Positions 1-13,176 of a stretch of DNA of 64,000 bases are shown one piece after another (position 1 is the stretch's first letter; the number at the start of each line of letters is the position of its first letter). Source of the stretch: Sinanodonta woodiana (lineage: Eukaryota); the NCBI GenBank assembly GCA_046254885.1, contig CM100994.1, positions 93,830,727-93,894,726 on the forward strand. The letters run 5' to 3'. The notes under the pieces were generated by a model. That model did not search any database and was not told the DNA's origin. It was given only the letters and a program-made list of their open reading frames with translations. The position numbers and the translations under genes are program-made.

Positions 1-60
1 CTCAATATCTGTCTCTGTCTCTGTATCTCTCAATCTCTCTCTTATTCTCTCTCTCACTCT
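1..60. repeat. (CT)n / TCTC-rich microsatellite
   Basis: Direct reading shows ctctgtctctgtatctctc...ctctctctctc. Confidence 0.85.
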
Positions 61-1864
61 CTCTCTCTCTCTTTTCTTGCTTGTTTATCAGTCACCCCTT
101 GCTCATATACTAAGAAGATGCAAACTTTATGGCCATTATGAAATGTTAGAGGCATTTTATCTTTAATTGCAAATATCTAAACCAATCAAAATCCCTGTTG
201 TTGCAGGACATACATTTTGCTTTGCGGTTTTCATTACTGGATGATAATGTATGTTTTAAATCGCAGAATTCAACAAAATTTGGTTTTATTTACTCCCAGA
301 TTAATAAACCAGCTTCATTGTGGCAATAGCTTCAATTACTGTTGCTAAAAATAGCCTAACAGATGATAAATTATGGCTAACTAAATTAAACAGACACTGA
401 CTACATCATATAGTTTACCACCCTCAATTTGGGTTTGGTTGTCATGATTCTGTTTTTTTTAATGGATCATAAGTCCTAATGAGAATATTGAAATATAACT
501 TATTAAATTTGTTTACTGAGCCCACATAAGAAGGGATAGGTCACTGTGGCTTTAAATACAATTCGACCTTAAACATTTTATTTTTGAATAATAATGATAA
601 TACATAGTGATCAGATTTCAGCACAATTTGACTATTTATTTCAAAGAAGAACCCTGATGATTTTGGACCAATAGCTTCAAGGTCAATATCATACTAGATA
701 ACTTGAGATATATTGAACAGAATGAAATGCATTTTAATACATATGTTCACCAAACTTGAGTTTAAAAATATTTAAATGCACCTTGCTTTGTACATCAAAG
801 GTCAAAGTCCTGTTACAGAAAATAATTCTAGCCTTCCATTTAATTTCCAGATGATAACTTTATCCTTTAAATAAGTTATAGATAACATAATGCAATCAAA
901 TTTAAGACACTTATTTTCCACATGAAAAAAACAACTTTCTTGTCTTTTATATCAGGGTCACTGATACTAAAGGTAGGACTGACCATTTCATTTAATTTCC
1001 AGATAAAAACTTTACCTGCACACTGTGTATGAAACTTGGTACATTTTTTTTTCTTCCAATAAAAACTCTTAATTTGTTTCCCTTTTTGGGGTGGGTGAGT
1101 ATAATCACAAGAACATGAAAGTTACTTTTAGTCAAACCAGATTTCAATTTTCCATTTTATTTCAGACCATTGCTTAACCTCTTGTATACTGATTTCAACA
1201 AAGCATGTAATATTTTAATCCTTTTACCTTAGAAAAATCCCAGTCAATTTGGGAATTGGTAGCTTGGATCTCAAAATTTATGAAAATGTACATCACCCTG
1301 GCATTTCATTTCTCAACTGACTTAACATTTCATTTTTGAACTTCAAGGAGACATGGTACATAGGTTTTCCTTTGACTGAAAACAAACCCTGAACAACTGA
1401 ATTGTTGGGACATTTTAGGTCAGTAACAAGTCTCAAAAGTGGTAAGAACAACAACTCTCAAAAGTGCTAAGAGCAACAACTCTCAAAAGTTAAGATTATT
1501 TCAGGATATAGTTTTCATATGTACTCAAAGAATGACACAGAATTCAAAGTAGATACAAATAACTGACATTATGTTTTGCATGATCATGGCTTGGTAGAGT
1601 ATAAGACTTATAATCAAACAGTACTTGTTCAATACACACCCAAGCCAGCCAGAGTCAGCTGCCTAGGTATGTACATAGGAAGGGCATTTAGCCAACATTT
1701 CCTCTGCATAATATAACAAACAAAAAGTGCCATTAAAACCAAGACAATCCACTTATGGACTAACAGACATTAAAATAATGACAACTTACCTGTATCTCAT
1801 GCAAGATTTGTATGTTCAGTTTTGTAAAAGCCTGGTGAAACACAGAAAAGGTAAAGCATGTAAT

Positions 1865-1985
1865 TGGTCATAATCAAGGACTCACTACAGTAGCCTATCT
1901 GGTCTGAATCAATGGTGGAGATTGAACCAGCACCCATCTGGTCACAAATCTAATGCACTAACCACTGAACCACCTTGATTGGATA
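1865..1985 (-). mobile_element. Degenerate tRNA-derived SINE-like head fragment
   Basis: The reverse complement reads GGTGGTTCAGTGGTTAGTGCATTAGATTTGTGACCAGATGGGTGCTGGTTCAATCTCCACC. It has AGTGGTTAG (D-loop-like) and GGTTCAATC (T-loop-like) boxes, but the stems do not pair well enough for a functional tRNA. Confidence 0.3.
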
Positions 1986-2233
1986 TATTGGCTTGATTAA
2001 ATATAGTTATTTTCTCCTGTTAGTCATCAGTCCTGTACCTAAACCTCTAAGCCACACTGACTTTCTGTCATTTGGAATGATAAAATTTAGTTCTGGTTAT
2101 TGCAAGCTTGCATTTTGGAAATCATAGGAATAGTAATGTTTAATGTTTTGGAGTGTTCAGTTATATTTTTGTTGTGTGTAGTTTTGTTTGTCTGTACAAC
2201 ATTTATTGGAAGATGTGTTGGCCTTCTTTTCAG

Positions 2234-2380
2234 AGTCCAGAAGATACAATTAGGGGATTGTTACAGAAGGGGAAAATTGCAGAGGGCTTTTCAATGAACA
2301 GAGCAGAGGGGATCTATGCCTCTATAGGAGACCTTCTAGAGGAAGCCAGTCTCCATGAAAACAAAGATCTAGCCAAAGAG
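2234..2380 (+). CDS. Candidate upstream exon of the UBL/RS-protein gene (SPEDTIRGLLQKGKIAEGFSMNRAEGIYASIGDLLEEASLHENKDLAKE)
   Basis: An acceptor ttcttttcag sits at 2231-2233. The frame is open and peptide-like through 2380 and ends phase 0, compatible with the phase-0 start of the next exon. The donor gtttga at 2381 is weak. The upstream part of this ORF (MFSYIFVVCSFVC...) is junk-like, which supports an acceptor here. Confidence 0.35.
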
Positions 2381-3049
2381 GTTTGAATAATAATAATAAT
2401 TCTAAAGTGACACATGTTAAAGATGAAGAATATGACCACTGCAGACTGAAAAGAATTCTCACATTCCAAAATCTTTAGTTATTCTTATGATGATTTCAAC
2501 CAGACTTTTCTGAATGATTGAGAATGAACTGGGCCCATCGTTCTGGACAAGAAACTTTATTCATTTATAATATTGGGAATTCATTCCTATAATTGGGGGG
2601 ACCTCCTAAAATTCTGTCTTTCATTGAATATGAATGTGAGAATAGCAAACGTTAGTGTCAGTATTGTGAGTTGTGTTTGAGAAGATGACAGCATGTAAAA
2701 TCATATTAAATGTAAATGTTTAATATTGTGCTTGCTTCAGGCAGACATTTTTTGATAAAGCTGCATTTCCTCATGATTTCAACAAATGTCTGAAAACAGC
2801 ATAAAGTAATTGCCACTTTATTTTTAACAAACATTTGGGAATGTAAGCAGTATGATAGCAAAACAAATTTGAGTTTCCTGATGACCAACATTTTTTAAAA
2901 TACTGCCTCTAGATGCTATACTATGAGCAAATTTAATATGGCCATTTTACTAATAAAACTACCAACAAGACTGTATCATGTGCAAAGATAATACAAACTA
3001 TCTTTAAAACTTCACAGATTATACCCGTGATTACAAATCCACTTGACTG

Positions 3050-3323
3050 TTCCACTGGTCCAGGTGGTTAGAGCACCCATCTTGGATGCAGGAGGTTTTA
3101 TGTTTGAACCCCAGCCAGGTCAATCCTAAGACTTATTAGAAATAGTACTAGCAGCTGCCTCAGCTATCCGAATTAGTGTTAGGACTGATCATCCTGGTAT
3201 CAGGATCATTTAACTGGGTGGGACATAATGCTATATGTCTGCAGCATGAAATCCCTTTGTGAGACAAACTATTAACTGCCACACTGCAGACATCGTAGTA
3301 ATATGACTAGAAAATTGTTAAAG
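3050..3323 (+). mobile_element. SINE copy 1 (tRNA-derived head plus conserved body), diverged
   Basis: The head has ggtggttagagc...tttgaacccc. The body agcagctgcc...gttaggactg...ctggt(a/g)tcaggat(a/c)at...tgcagcatga and the tail atgactagaaaattgttaaag match the other four copies. Confidence 0.6.
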
Positions 3324-4275
3324 CTACATTAATAATCCAGAACAAACTCACAAATACTCTTGTCTTACTTCTGAGACAAGTTCAGATTCAGTTCAGGCAT
3401 GCTCTTGTTTGGAATGCAATTGTCATGGGCTTGTCAATAATATTAAGAGAGATACAGTGTAACAGAAATTTGTTAAAGTTGGTAATGTAGGGTAAAATTT
3501 AATAAAATACTAGCACAGTGCATTCTACTTTTAGCAGTTTTTTATATCTCATGTGTCATTTAATATTTAAACATGTTACCTAATAATAATACTTTATAAG
3601 AACTACTACTACCTTGTATATTCAGCCCTCGCAGCTAAAATGAGCTTAAAGATTTCTGCGAACCTAAGTGGCGGTCAGGCAGAGTGATCTCTCCATGGTA
3701 TGACGATTGTCAGAAAACCCATGAACTCATATTACTATCATATACCAGAGGCAGTTGTGATTCATAAAAACCCCCATTTACATTTTCATTTCAGTAGCAG
3801 AGTGTTCTAAAGCGTTCTCGATTACGGATCACTGCCATCTCACCTCTGTCTGCATGGGTTCAAGTCTAAGATTCGGGTCATGTAGTTCAGCTAATGTAGT
3901 TATGAGAAAGCTTGCTAGTAGCTTCTTGTGGGTCAGTGGTTCTTTCCTGGTATTTTCCTGGGTTCTTCCTCCATCATTAATACTGGCCGCCATGTATAGC
4001 CTATCTAGTGCTGAAAATGGCTTTAAAGTCTAACAACAACAACAATAAATATCATTTTCATTTCTGTTCTGAAAATTTGTTCATAAATACATAATAAATT
4101 CTTGGAATTGCTGTTTGCGAAATAGTAATAAGAATTGTGGCTAGAAATTATGTAGAACAAAATAAATAATCCAGTTTCTAAATGTGAAAGACAGAAACAA
4201 AGTTGTCTTAATCAAAGAAATGGGTATGCATCTATATCTAGGTGATGTTTAATATCATGTTTGTATCTTGCTTAG

Positions 4276-4363
4276 GTTTACTCAACACTGGATGATTTCT
4301 ACAATCAGAATGGATCAGAAGATGTGAAAGTGGTTCTGGCACAAGTTAAACCTCACATCAAGG
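4276..4363 (+). CDS. Exon (VYSTLDDFYNQNGSEDVKVVLAQVKPHIK) of the UBL/RS-protein gene
   Basis: The acceptor cttag is at 4274-4275, with an in-frame TAG immediately upstream. The donor G|GTAATG is at 4364. Leaving 1 nt, the exon joins in frame to the exon at 5609. Confidence 0.5.
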
Positions 4364-5029
4364 GTAATGCCATCTTATACTGTGAATACCTTATGTGTTC
4401 AAATTAAACCAAGTCATGCTGAAAACTGCTCAGACCCAGATCTGCTGTCACATAATGTGGGGTTATTTCTGGATCTCTGGTTTATAAATAGAACAAAGAA
4501 GATAAAACTGAATCTACTAGCATATTGTGCGGCAGCAGACCAGGATGACTGTGTTTTACAGTTGGATTTTAATTATACATGGTATGTTCATGGGTTTAAT
4601 GTATGTGGTTGTATAGAAATTACATTTTATGCCGGATGTAAATTTATGGTTTGGAAAAGTGGTCCTATTATTTCCACATATGAAACATTGTTTGATGGGT
4701 AATCATTTTTTGTCTGTTACAACCACAAATCCATGAAAATTATTACACCCACTCCCCCTAAATAATAAATAAATAAAATTCAGTAGTCTTTCTCTAACAG
4801 ATCTTTGACGTCTTAAATGTGCTTGATTTGTAAGAAAAGTCCTTAAGATAGTCTGGAATTTTATGCTTACAAAGATTTATGAATTCTGTTATTTTGTATT
4901 AGTTTGAGTTTGTTTCAGATTGGCAATTATTTTCTTAATGACTTCTTTTAATTTTATTCCTCACCTTGTATCTTATTTCACAGGTTAGTAATTTAAGATG
5001 TGAACATTTATAAGAAGCTGTACCAAAAG

Positions 5030-5235
5030 TGTACCAGTGGGTCAGAATCTGGCACCACCCTTAAATTAGCCATGACCTCTTCCATTTAAGATGTGAACAT
5101 TTATATGCAGCTGTACCAAAAATGTACCAGTGGGTCAGATTTTAAATCTGGCACCACCCTTAAATTAGCCATGACCTCTTCCATTTAAGATGTGAACATT
5201 TATATGAAGCTGTACCAAAAATGTACCAGTGGGTC
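5030..5235. repeat. Intronic tandem repeat of about 90-95 bp, 2-3 copies
   Basis: The unit aagatgtgaacatttata..gctgtaccaaaa.tgtaccagtgggtcaga.tctggcaccacccttaaattagccatgacctcttccattt is repeated. Confidence 0.6.
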
Positions 5236-5608
5236 AGATCTCAAACCCGGCATCTCTCATTGGGTGAGGTAATTACAAATTGTGCTTTCTTATCTGAGAT
5301 GATATGGCGATAATAAAATTAGGAATAGTTAGGTCATTAAGATAACTGAAAGAACTATAATGTAGCAATAAAATGAATTGTTTCTTTAACAGAATTAAGT
5401 TTTAATAATAAGTGCATTTATGTCTTATTCCACTTTAGTGTCCATAACAATTTTTATTTTTGATTATACTCTTGAATTCCATAACTTGATAATCTTGTTT
5501 TCTGGAATGCTGTTAGCTAGGTTTGTTAAGATCATATATTTCGTGTCAGAAAAAAATTAACCTAAAATTACATTATTTTATTGTATATTGTTAATTTGTT
5601 GTCTTTAG

Positions 5609-5782
5609 AGCCAGTGCCTGCATTTGTTAAGACATTGACTGGGAAGACTATAGGAGTGAGAGTCAAGACTGTGCGGGAACTAAAAGAAGCCATTATGGAT
5701 AAGGAGGGAATCCCAGAGGACCAACAGAGGCTTGTTGCTGCTGGAAAACAACTTACAGATGACATGCTTATTGAGGACCTGG
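5609..5782 (+). CDS. Exon encoding the core of a ubiquitin-like domain ([58 protein letters not shown])
   Basis: The acceptor ttgtctttag and donor G|GTAAGG are good. The peptide has the ubiquitin-fold signature (KTLTGKTI...V.......IKEAI..KEGIP.DQQRL...GKQL.D...). Confidence 0.85.
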
Positions 5783-6360
5783 GTAAGGTCTTTATCTGGG
5801 AATTTGTTTCATTAAAACTCATCTTGCTCTCCATAATCTATAGTATGATATTTCACTAATATTAAATAATCTCAGTGCTTCAGATAGTATGGTCAGGCAT
5901 GCTATTTGGTGGAGAAACTATAAAACCTAGGATGATCAATGGATATCTTTGGATGATCATTGGATATCTTATCATTGCATGTGCTAATCTTGGACTGGCA
6001 AGGTGCAGTAACATAAATATGCTTTCAGTTAAGATTTTTGTTTCCTGTGCAAGTAGGCAGTTGCAGCCTAAGTTGTTCCTAAATATTTATGAGGATCATT
6101 TATCACTTGTCTTTTTGGAAAATAAATTTGTTATCATATACCCATCATAGATAACCAATCATCATGTTTCATTTGATTGTTATGCAAACCTGTACTTGAG
6201 CAGATTATAAATAAGTCGGGCATTTAGAAATATGAAAAGTATTACTAGACTTATGGTAAGCTGTATAATAAATGTCATTATGTAGTGATCAAGTTTTTTA
6301 ACATTTTTATTATACTCATTCATATTGTATTGAAAAATCTGCATTACTGTATTTACTATA

Positions 6361-8831
6361 TATACCGCTCCCTCGATAATTCGCACTCTGATAACTCGTG
6401 AACCTGCTTATAATGCAGTGTCCAGCGTGGATCCCATATTTTTTCCAATGAAAATATAGTTTAAATATCTTTTCAAATATGTTGAATGTGAAAAAATTAT
6501 AGTAAGAATTGGTAAATTTAACCTTGATAGATTTTTCGTTTTATCATCGAAAATGGTGATTAATGCCCGTAAAGATAGATTCCATATTGTGAAATTTGCA
6601 TGTTCTAAATAAGATATAAGATATTATGTTAAGATTTATTTTTTTGATAAATAGTCATCAATACACTGTAAATAAACAGTCTGGTGAAATAGCAATCAAT
6701 GAAAACGTCAGGTAAATCTAACAGGTAGCAACAGAGAATGAAATAAACACTAATTAAATGTCTTGCTTTGTGAAAGTCACATTCTAATCCTTTATTTCTG
6801 TTTCAATGTAAACAGTATAATTGCAACATGTTCGTTTCTATGAAAACACAAAAAGAGTCAATCGACTGTCATCGAAACCCATAAGTACTTCTGTGACTGA
6901 ATTTTTTTTAAAAGATACGTTAAAAATCCTAATCAAACAAACAAACTTCTATGAGAACCTAATTAAATGGGTTTTGTTTTGATCAACAACCTGGGCAAGT
7001 GTTTGTTGCATTAAAATAATCAATTAAAAACAGGGATTGCCCTGGGCTTCGCCAATGTCGCAAATTGCGATTTTTTCCCCCTTATTGGCAACAAAATATC
7101 ACATCTGGCGATTTTTGGGCAACAGTTTTTTTTATAATTTAATTTATACATGCAATCATGTATTTGGACCGGATAAATTAAATGGGAGAATGAAACAAAG
7201 CCACAAACTTAACTGAGCAATCCATTGGAATCAATTTGCTACACAAATGATACTTTGTTCGTACTGATCATCCCATCTTTACAGTGCATTGTTACATCAT
7301 AACCTGCTTATGTTGACATCTTGGCTGAGTACTGTATGTGTCAATCACGGTACCGTACTATACGTACAACTGACCGATTTCTGAAGATGCAAATAGAACA
7401 GAAACAATTTAATTGAATGGCTTATCCTTATGTTGTTGGTTGTTGTTTTTTAAAAAAAAAATTAATATATATACCAATACAATAGTTTTGCTGAGCCTTT
7501 GAAGAACTGACTACGGTATATAAGTAGAAAGCAAATGGAAAAACATCGAAATTATAATTGTATATGTCGCCAGTGCATCATTATCATGAGCAAATGTAAG
7601 TTAGATGTTGTGATTTCATCATCTCTTCCTAAGTTACAAAAATAACAGCATTTGGATTTAGTCGAAATTCATCAGACAAAACAATCACTGAACTCGATGA
7701 TAAACCTTGCAGTCTAGCAGCATCTACGTGTAGCACTTCAACTGGAACACCACATTACGATGAACGGGGCAACAAGTCCAGAAAATTTCAAAATTGTTGG
7801 AAACCTGGGTATCCATGGCTCAGATATGATCCAAAATTAAAACATGTTCTGTGGTGCATGTATCAAGGCAAAGTTTGTCAATTTATTTACAACTGGCTGT
7901 GATATTTTGAAGGAGTGTGTCACCAAACATGAATCCAGGCAGAGTAAAAAATATCTGTGCATTTGCCCTGTGTTACGGATACAGATACTTTAACTCCGCA
8001 AGAAGAAATAACAAACAAACAAGCTTTGCTTAATTAAAATATTTTTTCTTCTCAAAATACACGTGTGAAAGAATCCTTAAATTGGGTGTGAATTTATGCC
8101 TATATATAGTCCAGGGGTTGACTTGTAAGTTTCATTTGTGGGAATGGAGATACTATTTTGCTTGTTGATAAAATGTATACAGCATTCAGTGATCATTCTT
8201 TTGGGATTTAGGAAGCAATAGACCATTTCATGTAGACTTCGATGAACTTTGTAATATGCTCGGAATTTTTTTATCACGTGGCGGGTTGTGAGCTGACCAC
8301 AATAGCTACTCGATAGGTGGTGGATTTTTTTTATATTGAAAATGCTTCAGAATTAGCATCAATTTTCAAACTACATCAACATCATTTATTGAGTTGGAAA
8401 ATGCCTATTTAACAGTGATGGCTGCAGCAAATATTGACGAAATTTAATATTGGAACCACCCTGTCAACACAAAATCATTGACATAGTACACAATATGTGA
8501 AGTGGTACACAGTTAAGTGAACGGAAACCATGTGGAATAATGTCTTTGATGATCTCAATATACTGTAATTTATCCTGAAATTAATGTTACTCTTTGATGA
8601 AAAAATAAACAACTACACTGTTATGAAGAGATATTCATTCACCGTTAATCTTAGCATGATTATAAAGTGAGTATTCAACACTATAATCTGCCACCCTTCC
8701 CCCTCTTTTGCCTTTATGTTGATCCCTTTTTTATTTTTTTGTTATAGGTCCCTCGATAACTTGCGCCTCACTTATAGTGTGGTCAATGTTTTTGGACCTC
8801 GATGTGCACAAGTTATCGAGGGAGCGGTGTA
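6361..8831. mobile_element. Non-autonomous TIR DNA element of about 2.47 kb
   Basis: The left end is TATACCGCTCCCTCGATAATTCGCAC at 6361. The reverse complement of the right end is TACACCGCTCCCTCGATAACTTGTGCAC, ending at 8831, so a TIR of about 19-26 bp. There is also a subterminal hairpin at 8748-8820 (ccctcgataacttg...caagttatcgaggg). No clean target-site duplication is identifiable. Confidence 0.45.
7741..7905 (+). pseudogene. Decayed TTF-type zinc-finger remnant (hAT/ZMYM1-like)
   Basis: Frame 3 reads GTPHYDERGNKSRKFQNCWKPGYPWLRYDPKLKHVLWCMYQGKVCQFIYNWL*. This matches the R.FQ..W...YPWL.Y core of TTF-type zinc fingers, but the Cys pair is decayed and the ORF is short and stop-flanked. Confidence 0.3.
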
Positions 8832-9610
8832 TGTTGGGATACCACATTTGTTGGGTAACCATAAATAAATTTTAAAAGTAATTTTTGTTTGCACTGTATG
8901 TTTTGGGACACAACATTTTTTTCTAGTTGTAAGTTGTGGGAAACCAAATAATTTGAAAATTACATGTAGAAAAATTCACTCCAACTGAAGTTTTGATTTA
9001 ACCTTTGTCATGTCTGTAAGTTCAAAGAAGTTTACTGTTGGCTGTGATTTGTGTTCTTATGACCACAGTGCTTTTATGTTCTTAGTAATACAATAGAGCA
9101 CTGATGTCATTTATCATTGATATATGCAGGTAAACAGTAATGATAGTTGTGTTATCTGAGCTGGTGAAAAGATTGTCACTTACACAGATGTTTTCAGATG
9201 AAAATTTTTATTTGCAAGATACTGTCATACAGTAGATCTGGATATAATTCAGTCTTGATTATTTTACACTTAACACTGTATTATGATGGGAAGCTTCATA
9301 TTGTACTGTTACCAACATCTTACCATTTTACTTTGAACTATTTGGTTTTCTGTGTCACTGGTCGGTAGAAAACCTTTTAGTATTTTAAACATGTATAAGT
9401 GGAAACTATTTTATGACACCAAATAGCCAAAGTGTAATGGTGTGTCGTTAAAAATCAAACAAACTAACAAAATACTGGTCTCTGCTACAAATTCTCTGAT
9501 ATGTCTTTTGCATTTTGTTATATGATATGTGTTAAAAGAAAATGAGCAAAGACCCCTTCTGGGTAAATCAGCAGCTTTAATGAGTTCCTGATTAACTAAA
9601 TTTGCAACAA

Positions 9611-9883
9611 TGCCTTGAGTGAATAGAGCGTCAACCTTGTATGCGGGAGGTCACACATTCAATCCTCAACCGATTTATAGCAAAGATTTATAAAAATAGT
9701 AAAGCTGCTTCATTTGGCACTTTGCAAAAAGAGGTTAGTTTTAGGAATGATAAGCGTGGTGTCAGGATAATGTAACTGCATGAGACATCATGCTACATGT
9801 TAGTCACATGATGCACCATTGCTTGACATCATTATAAATTGCCACTCTGCAGACATCACAGCAGTTTAGTTTAATTTTTTAAA
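9611..9883 (+). mobile_element. SINE copy 2, diverged
   Basis: The body ggttagttttaggaatgataagcgtggtgtcaggataatgtaactgcatgagacatcatgctacatg...ctctgcagacatca matches the other copies. Confidence 0.55.
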
Positions 9884-11113
9884 GCTAGGTAAAGTAAATA
9901 AAGACACGCACACACACACATATGATTCTTGTACCTGAACTTAACACCACTGGGTAGGTTTTTAACTTCCAATCTGTATTTTCCCTCTTTAATTGCCTTC
10001 TTGGGCACTAGATGCTTTCTCTCCGCTTTTTCATATGCAAATACTGCCTCTTACAACATTTATTTACAACATCTTATCAACATACACCATTTACTTCTCC
10101 CATTGATTGGGAAGCTTCATATTTTCCTGTTACCAACATCTTACTCTTTTATATTGAACTATTTGTTGTTTTTTTATTTTATTGCTGGTCGATTTTAAAC
10201 CTTTAGTATTTTTAACCATTTATAAATACAACCTATTGTATGGTGCTAAAAAGTCTAAAAGTGCTGGTGCACCATTAAAATCAATCAATCAATCAATCAA
10301 TCTGTATCATGCGTGAATGGCATCTTAAAGATAGGAGATGATTATTTCCCTCATGTTTTTTTTTTTTTATTGGATCCAGTTTTCAGTCGGATAACATGTT
10401 CAAAACTTTGAGCACAAGCATGCACATTTTGTTTCTCAAGATTCATCATTTTTTCAGCACAACCTCTGTTCATGCAATAAAAGTCAGCAATGATCACTGT
10501 ATAATAATAGGATGAGTGGCACTCCCAGTCAATCTACATGTATTTTCCAATCTCTTTTTCTCAAGAAAATAAAAGAAAGGAGATCATTTATTTCATCTCT
10601 TTTATATTGCAAGATGTTACCCAGTGCTGCACACACACACAAATGTTATCTTTGCTTGATATTTAGTTGGTAGGCTTATTTTTCAATGATGTCACACATA
10701 ACAGCAAACAAAATCTAATTTAAGAAAGATGATGCAATTCTTCATTTTTGGACATTCAGATTCCTTGGGAATTTATAAACTATAAAATCAAATTTTAAAG
10801 TGACACAAGCAAAAAGCACAAAAATTTCTGTAGGACTAACTCCATATTGACCTTTAAAGATACACTTGCACTATTTAATGATATATTTATTTCTTGTTAG
10901 TTGTGACTCAGTTGATAGAGCAATAGAGTTATAATCCAGTGGTTGGAGATTTGATACTTGACCAGGACATGTTGTGTCCATGGCAATTGCATTTAGCTTC
11001 CATTCCCTGATCATGATATAGCCAATAATGTGTTAAAATTGCCTTCAAATCCAATAAAAGCCAAAAAAGCTCCAAATTTTCTATATATCTATTTACCATT
11101 CTGTTATTTCCAG

Positions 11114-11178
11114 GATATGAACCCACAATACATCTTGTGCTTCGTCTGCGGGGAGGACCAGAAATCCAAAGCAGTAAG
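11114..11178 (+). CDS. Exon encoding the UBL C-terminus (GYEPTIHLVLRLRGGPEIQSSK)
   Basis: The acceptor tttccag and donor AAG|GTATGG are present. It joins the previous exon in phase and carries the ubiquitin-like LVLRLRGG diglycine end. Confidence 0.8.
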
Positions 11179-12295
11179 GTATGGATACTTCTTTGTAACT
11201 TTGTATTATGAGTAAGAATCTTATTTCCAGCTTGGCTCACATCGTTGTCATCATTTTATCTTCTATATTTAATATAATCCATATACATGCCTTAATAAAA
11301 ATAACTCCACCTTTTCATCAAAACTAGTATTATTGCAGGTAAGTGGCTGCTTAAAACTACATATTGCTACATATTTATGTCTTGTTATCACTTAAATTTG
11401 TTTCAAAGCATATTTGTTTGAGCATTACTTAGATTGGCCATTTGGGGAGAGAAAATTATCTTCCCTAGTTGAGAGCTTTCTAATTTGGACAAAAGGAGCA
11501 AACTCTTGTATTAATGTCATACATATAACGCAGATATTGTCATGACATTGTTATGAATCCCAGAAACTATTGAGACATTCACATTTGTTTAACTTGTGTG
11601 AAAATCATTTTTATGGGATTAAATTCATCATGCAAGTCAAAGAATCCTAATAGAGGAAACAGCATATAACAGCTTCCTCATTAAATATGCTACATGGAAT
11701 TCAAAGACCCATTTGTTTAGACAAATTTACTGGTGGTGATATACTAGTAGTGCAAATACTGTATGTGTTCAGATAGTTTATAGGTTATGGTGAAATAGTT
11801 ATACCGTATTTTGCTGTGTATAACGCGCACTTTTTTCCCTAATTTTCTTATATTAAGTCAGGGTGCGCGTTGTATACACTAAAAAAAAAGATTTTTTCCA
11901 GGTCGATCTAAAGAGGATGAAGGCACTATAGCCGCCTACATGTATCACATTCACTACTTGTGAAATATTAAATCCATTGTACATTGCATTGTATCTAAAA
12001 TGTTTACCGGTACTAGCCGTATTAAAGAAATAAATAATGCTTACAAATAGTCTTGTTCCTTGATTGCTTATGTTATTTAACTGGTTTCATTTCACATCAC
12101 TGTGTCAAGTTTTGTTATGTGCCTCGGCTGGAAATACATGTACATAATGATTGACAACTTATTCAAAAGCTGTGCAAAGTGCCGCATTGGAGCGGAACAA
12201 ATACCACTGTGTGGATTACCGTACTTGTTCCGTAAATGTTCAGTATTCCATAACTGTTGGTCTAATCAAATTTTTCTTCATTTATTATTGGTTGA

Positions 12296-12390
12296 ATTGA
12301 AATGTACAGTGGGACCCCGCTATAACACAGTAGTTAGCAGCCATAAAATCCGACCGTGTTATGAACCGAACCATGTTATAAGCAGCCATG
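12296..12390 (+). mobile_element. Solo terminal fragment of the Tc1-like family seen at 50748
   Basis: TACAGTGGGACCCCGCTATAACAC...ccgaccgtgttatgaaccgaaccatgttataag resembles the 50748 left TIR CAGTGGAGCCCCGCTATAATGCG with ataacgcg-type subterminal repeats. It is nested inside the 11802-14168 element. Confidence 0.3.
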
Positions 12391-13103
12391 TACATTACCA
12401 ACACGTTTTTTGGATTGGGGGGGGGGTGCATAAAGACGGGTGCGAAAATGCATGCCACAATTACAGTTTTTAATCAATATATATTAAATGAGTAAAACAG
12501 TTGCTGTGCTAACAAAAATTGCAGATATAATATATTACTTTATTCAGAGAACCATGCATTGGTACATACACATGTTTAATTTATATATACATGTATCATA
12601 TATTGCTTGAAAAGATTATCAACACCTTGTACTCACCAGCAAATCCTGTAACATACATTGAATCCATAATACAAATATCTCCATCGAATATATCCGCACA
12701 CAGATGTAAAATATTCAATAATTTTGTCACAGAACATTATGTGACTGAATTCAGTGGAGAAAAAAAAAACGTAACGGGTGTACGTAATGAATAATGAAAT
12801 ATTACTTGTCCTTAGATTAAAAAATGGAAGCTAACTTATATTCTTACAATAACTACATGTACATCTCATGTTCTTTCTGTCTCTGAATTTAGTCATAAAT
12901 TTCAGCACATTTTCCCACCCAAGCTGATAGTCAAATTCCTTTGAACTTTCCGCCCAGCTAGTCCAGCTAATACGTCATGTTCATTTGATGTACTCTAAAA
13001 AAACCAGCAGGCAGAACTGGCTGTATTTTAAGAACATGATAAAATAATCAACTCTAACTTTGTCTCCCAGTTATTTGCATGCATGGAGTGATTTATGGTC
13101 CCT

Positions 13104-13105
<2 letters not shown>

Positions 13106-13172
<67 letters not shown>
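13106..13172. repeat. (TA)n microsatellite
   Basis: Direct reading. Confidence 0.9.

Positions 13173-13176
<4 letters not shown>

Noticed and set aside
3600-3990. GC-richer 400-bp block (gggttcaagtctaagattcgggtc...) that could be another SINE family
   Set aside because: It is a single copy within this window. The tRNA-like boxes are weak. It cannot be supported without a genome-wide copy count.
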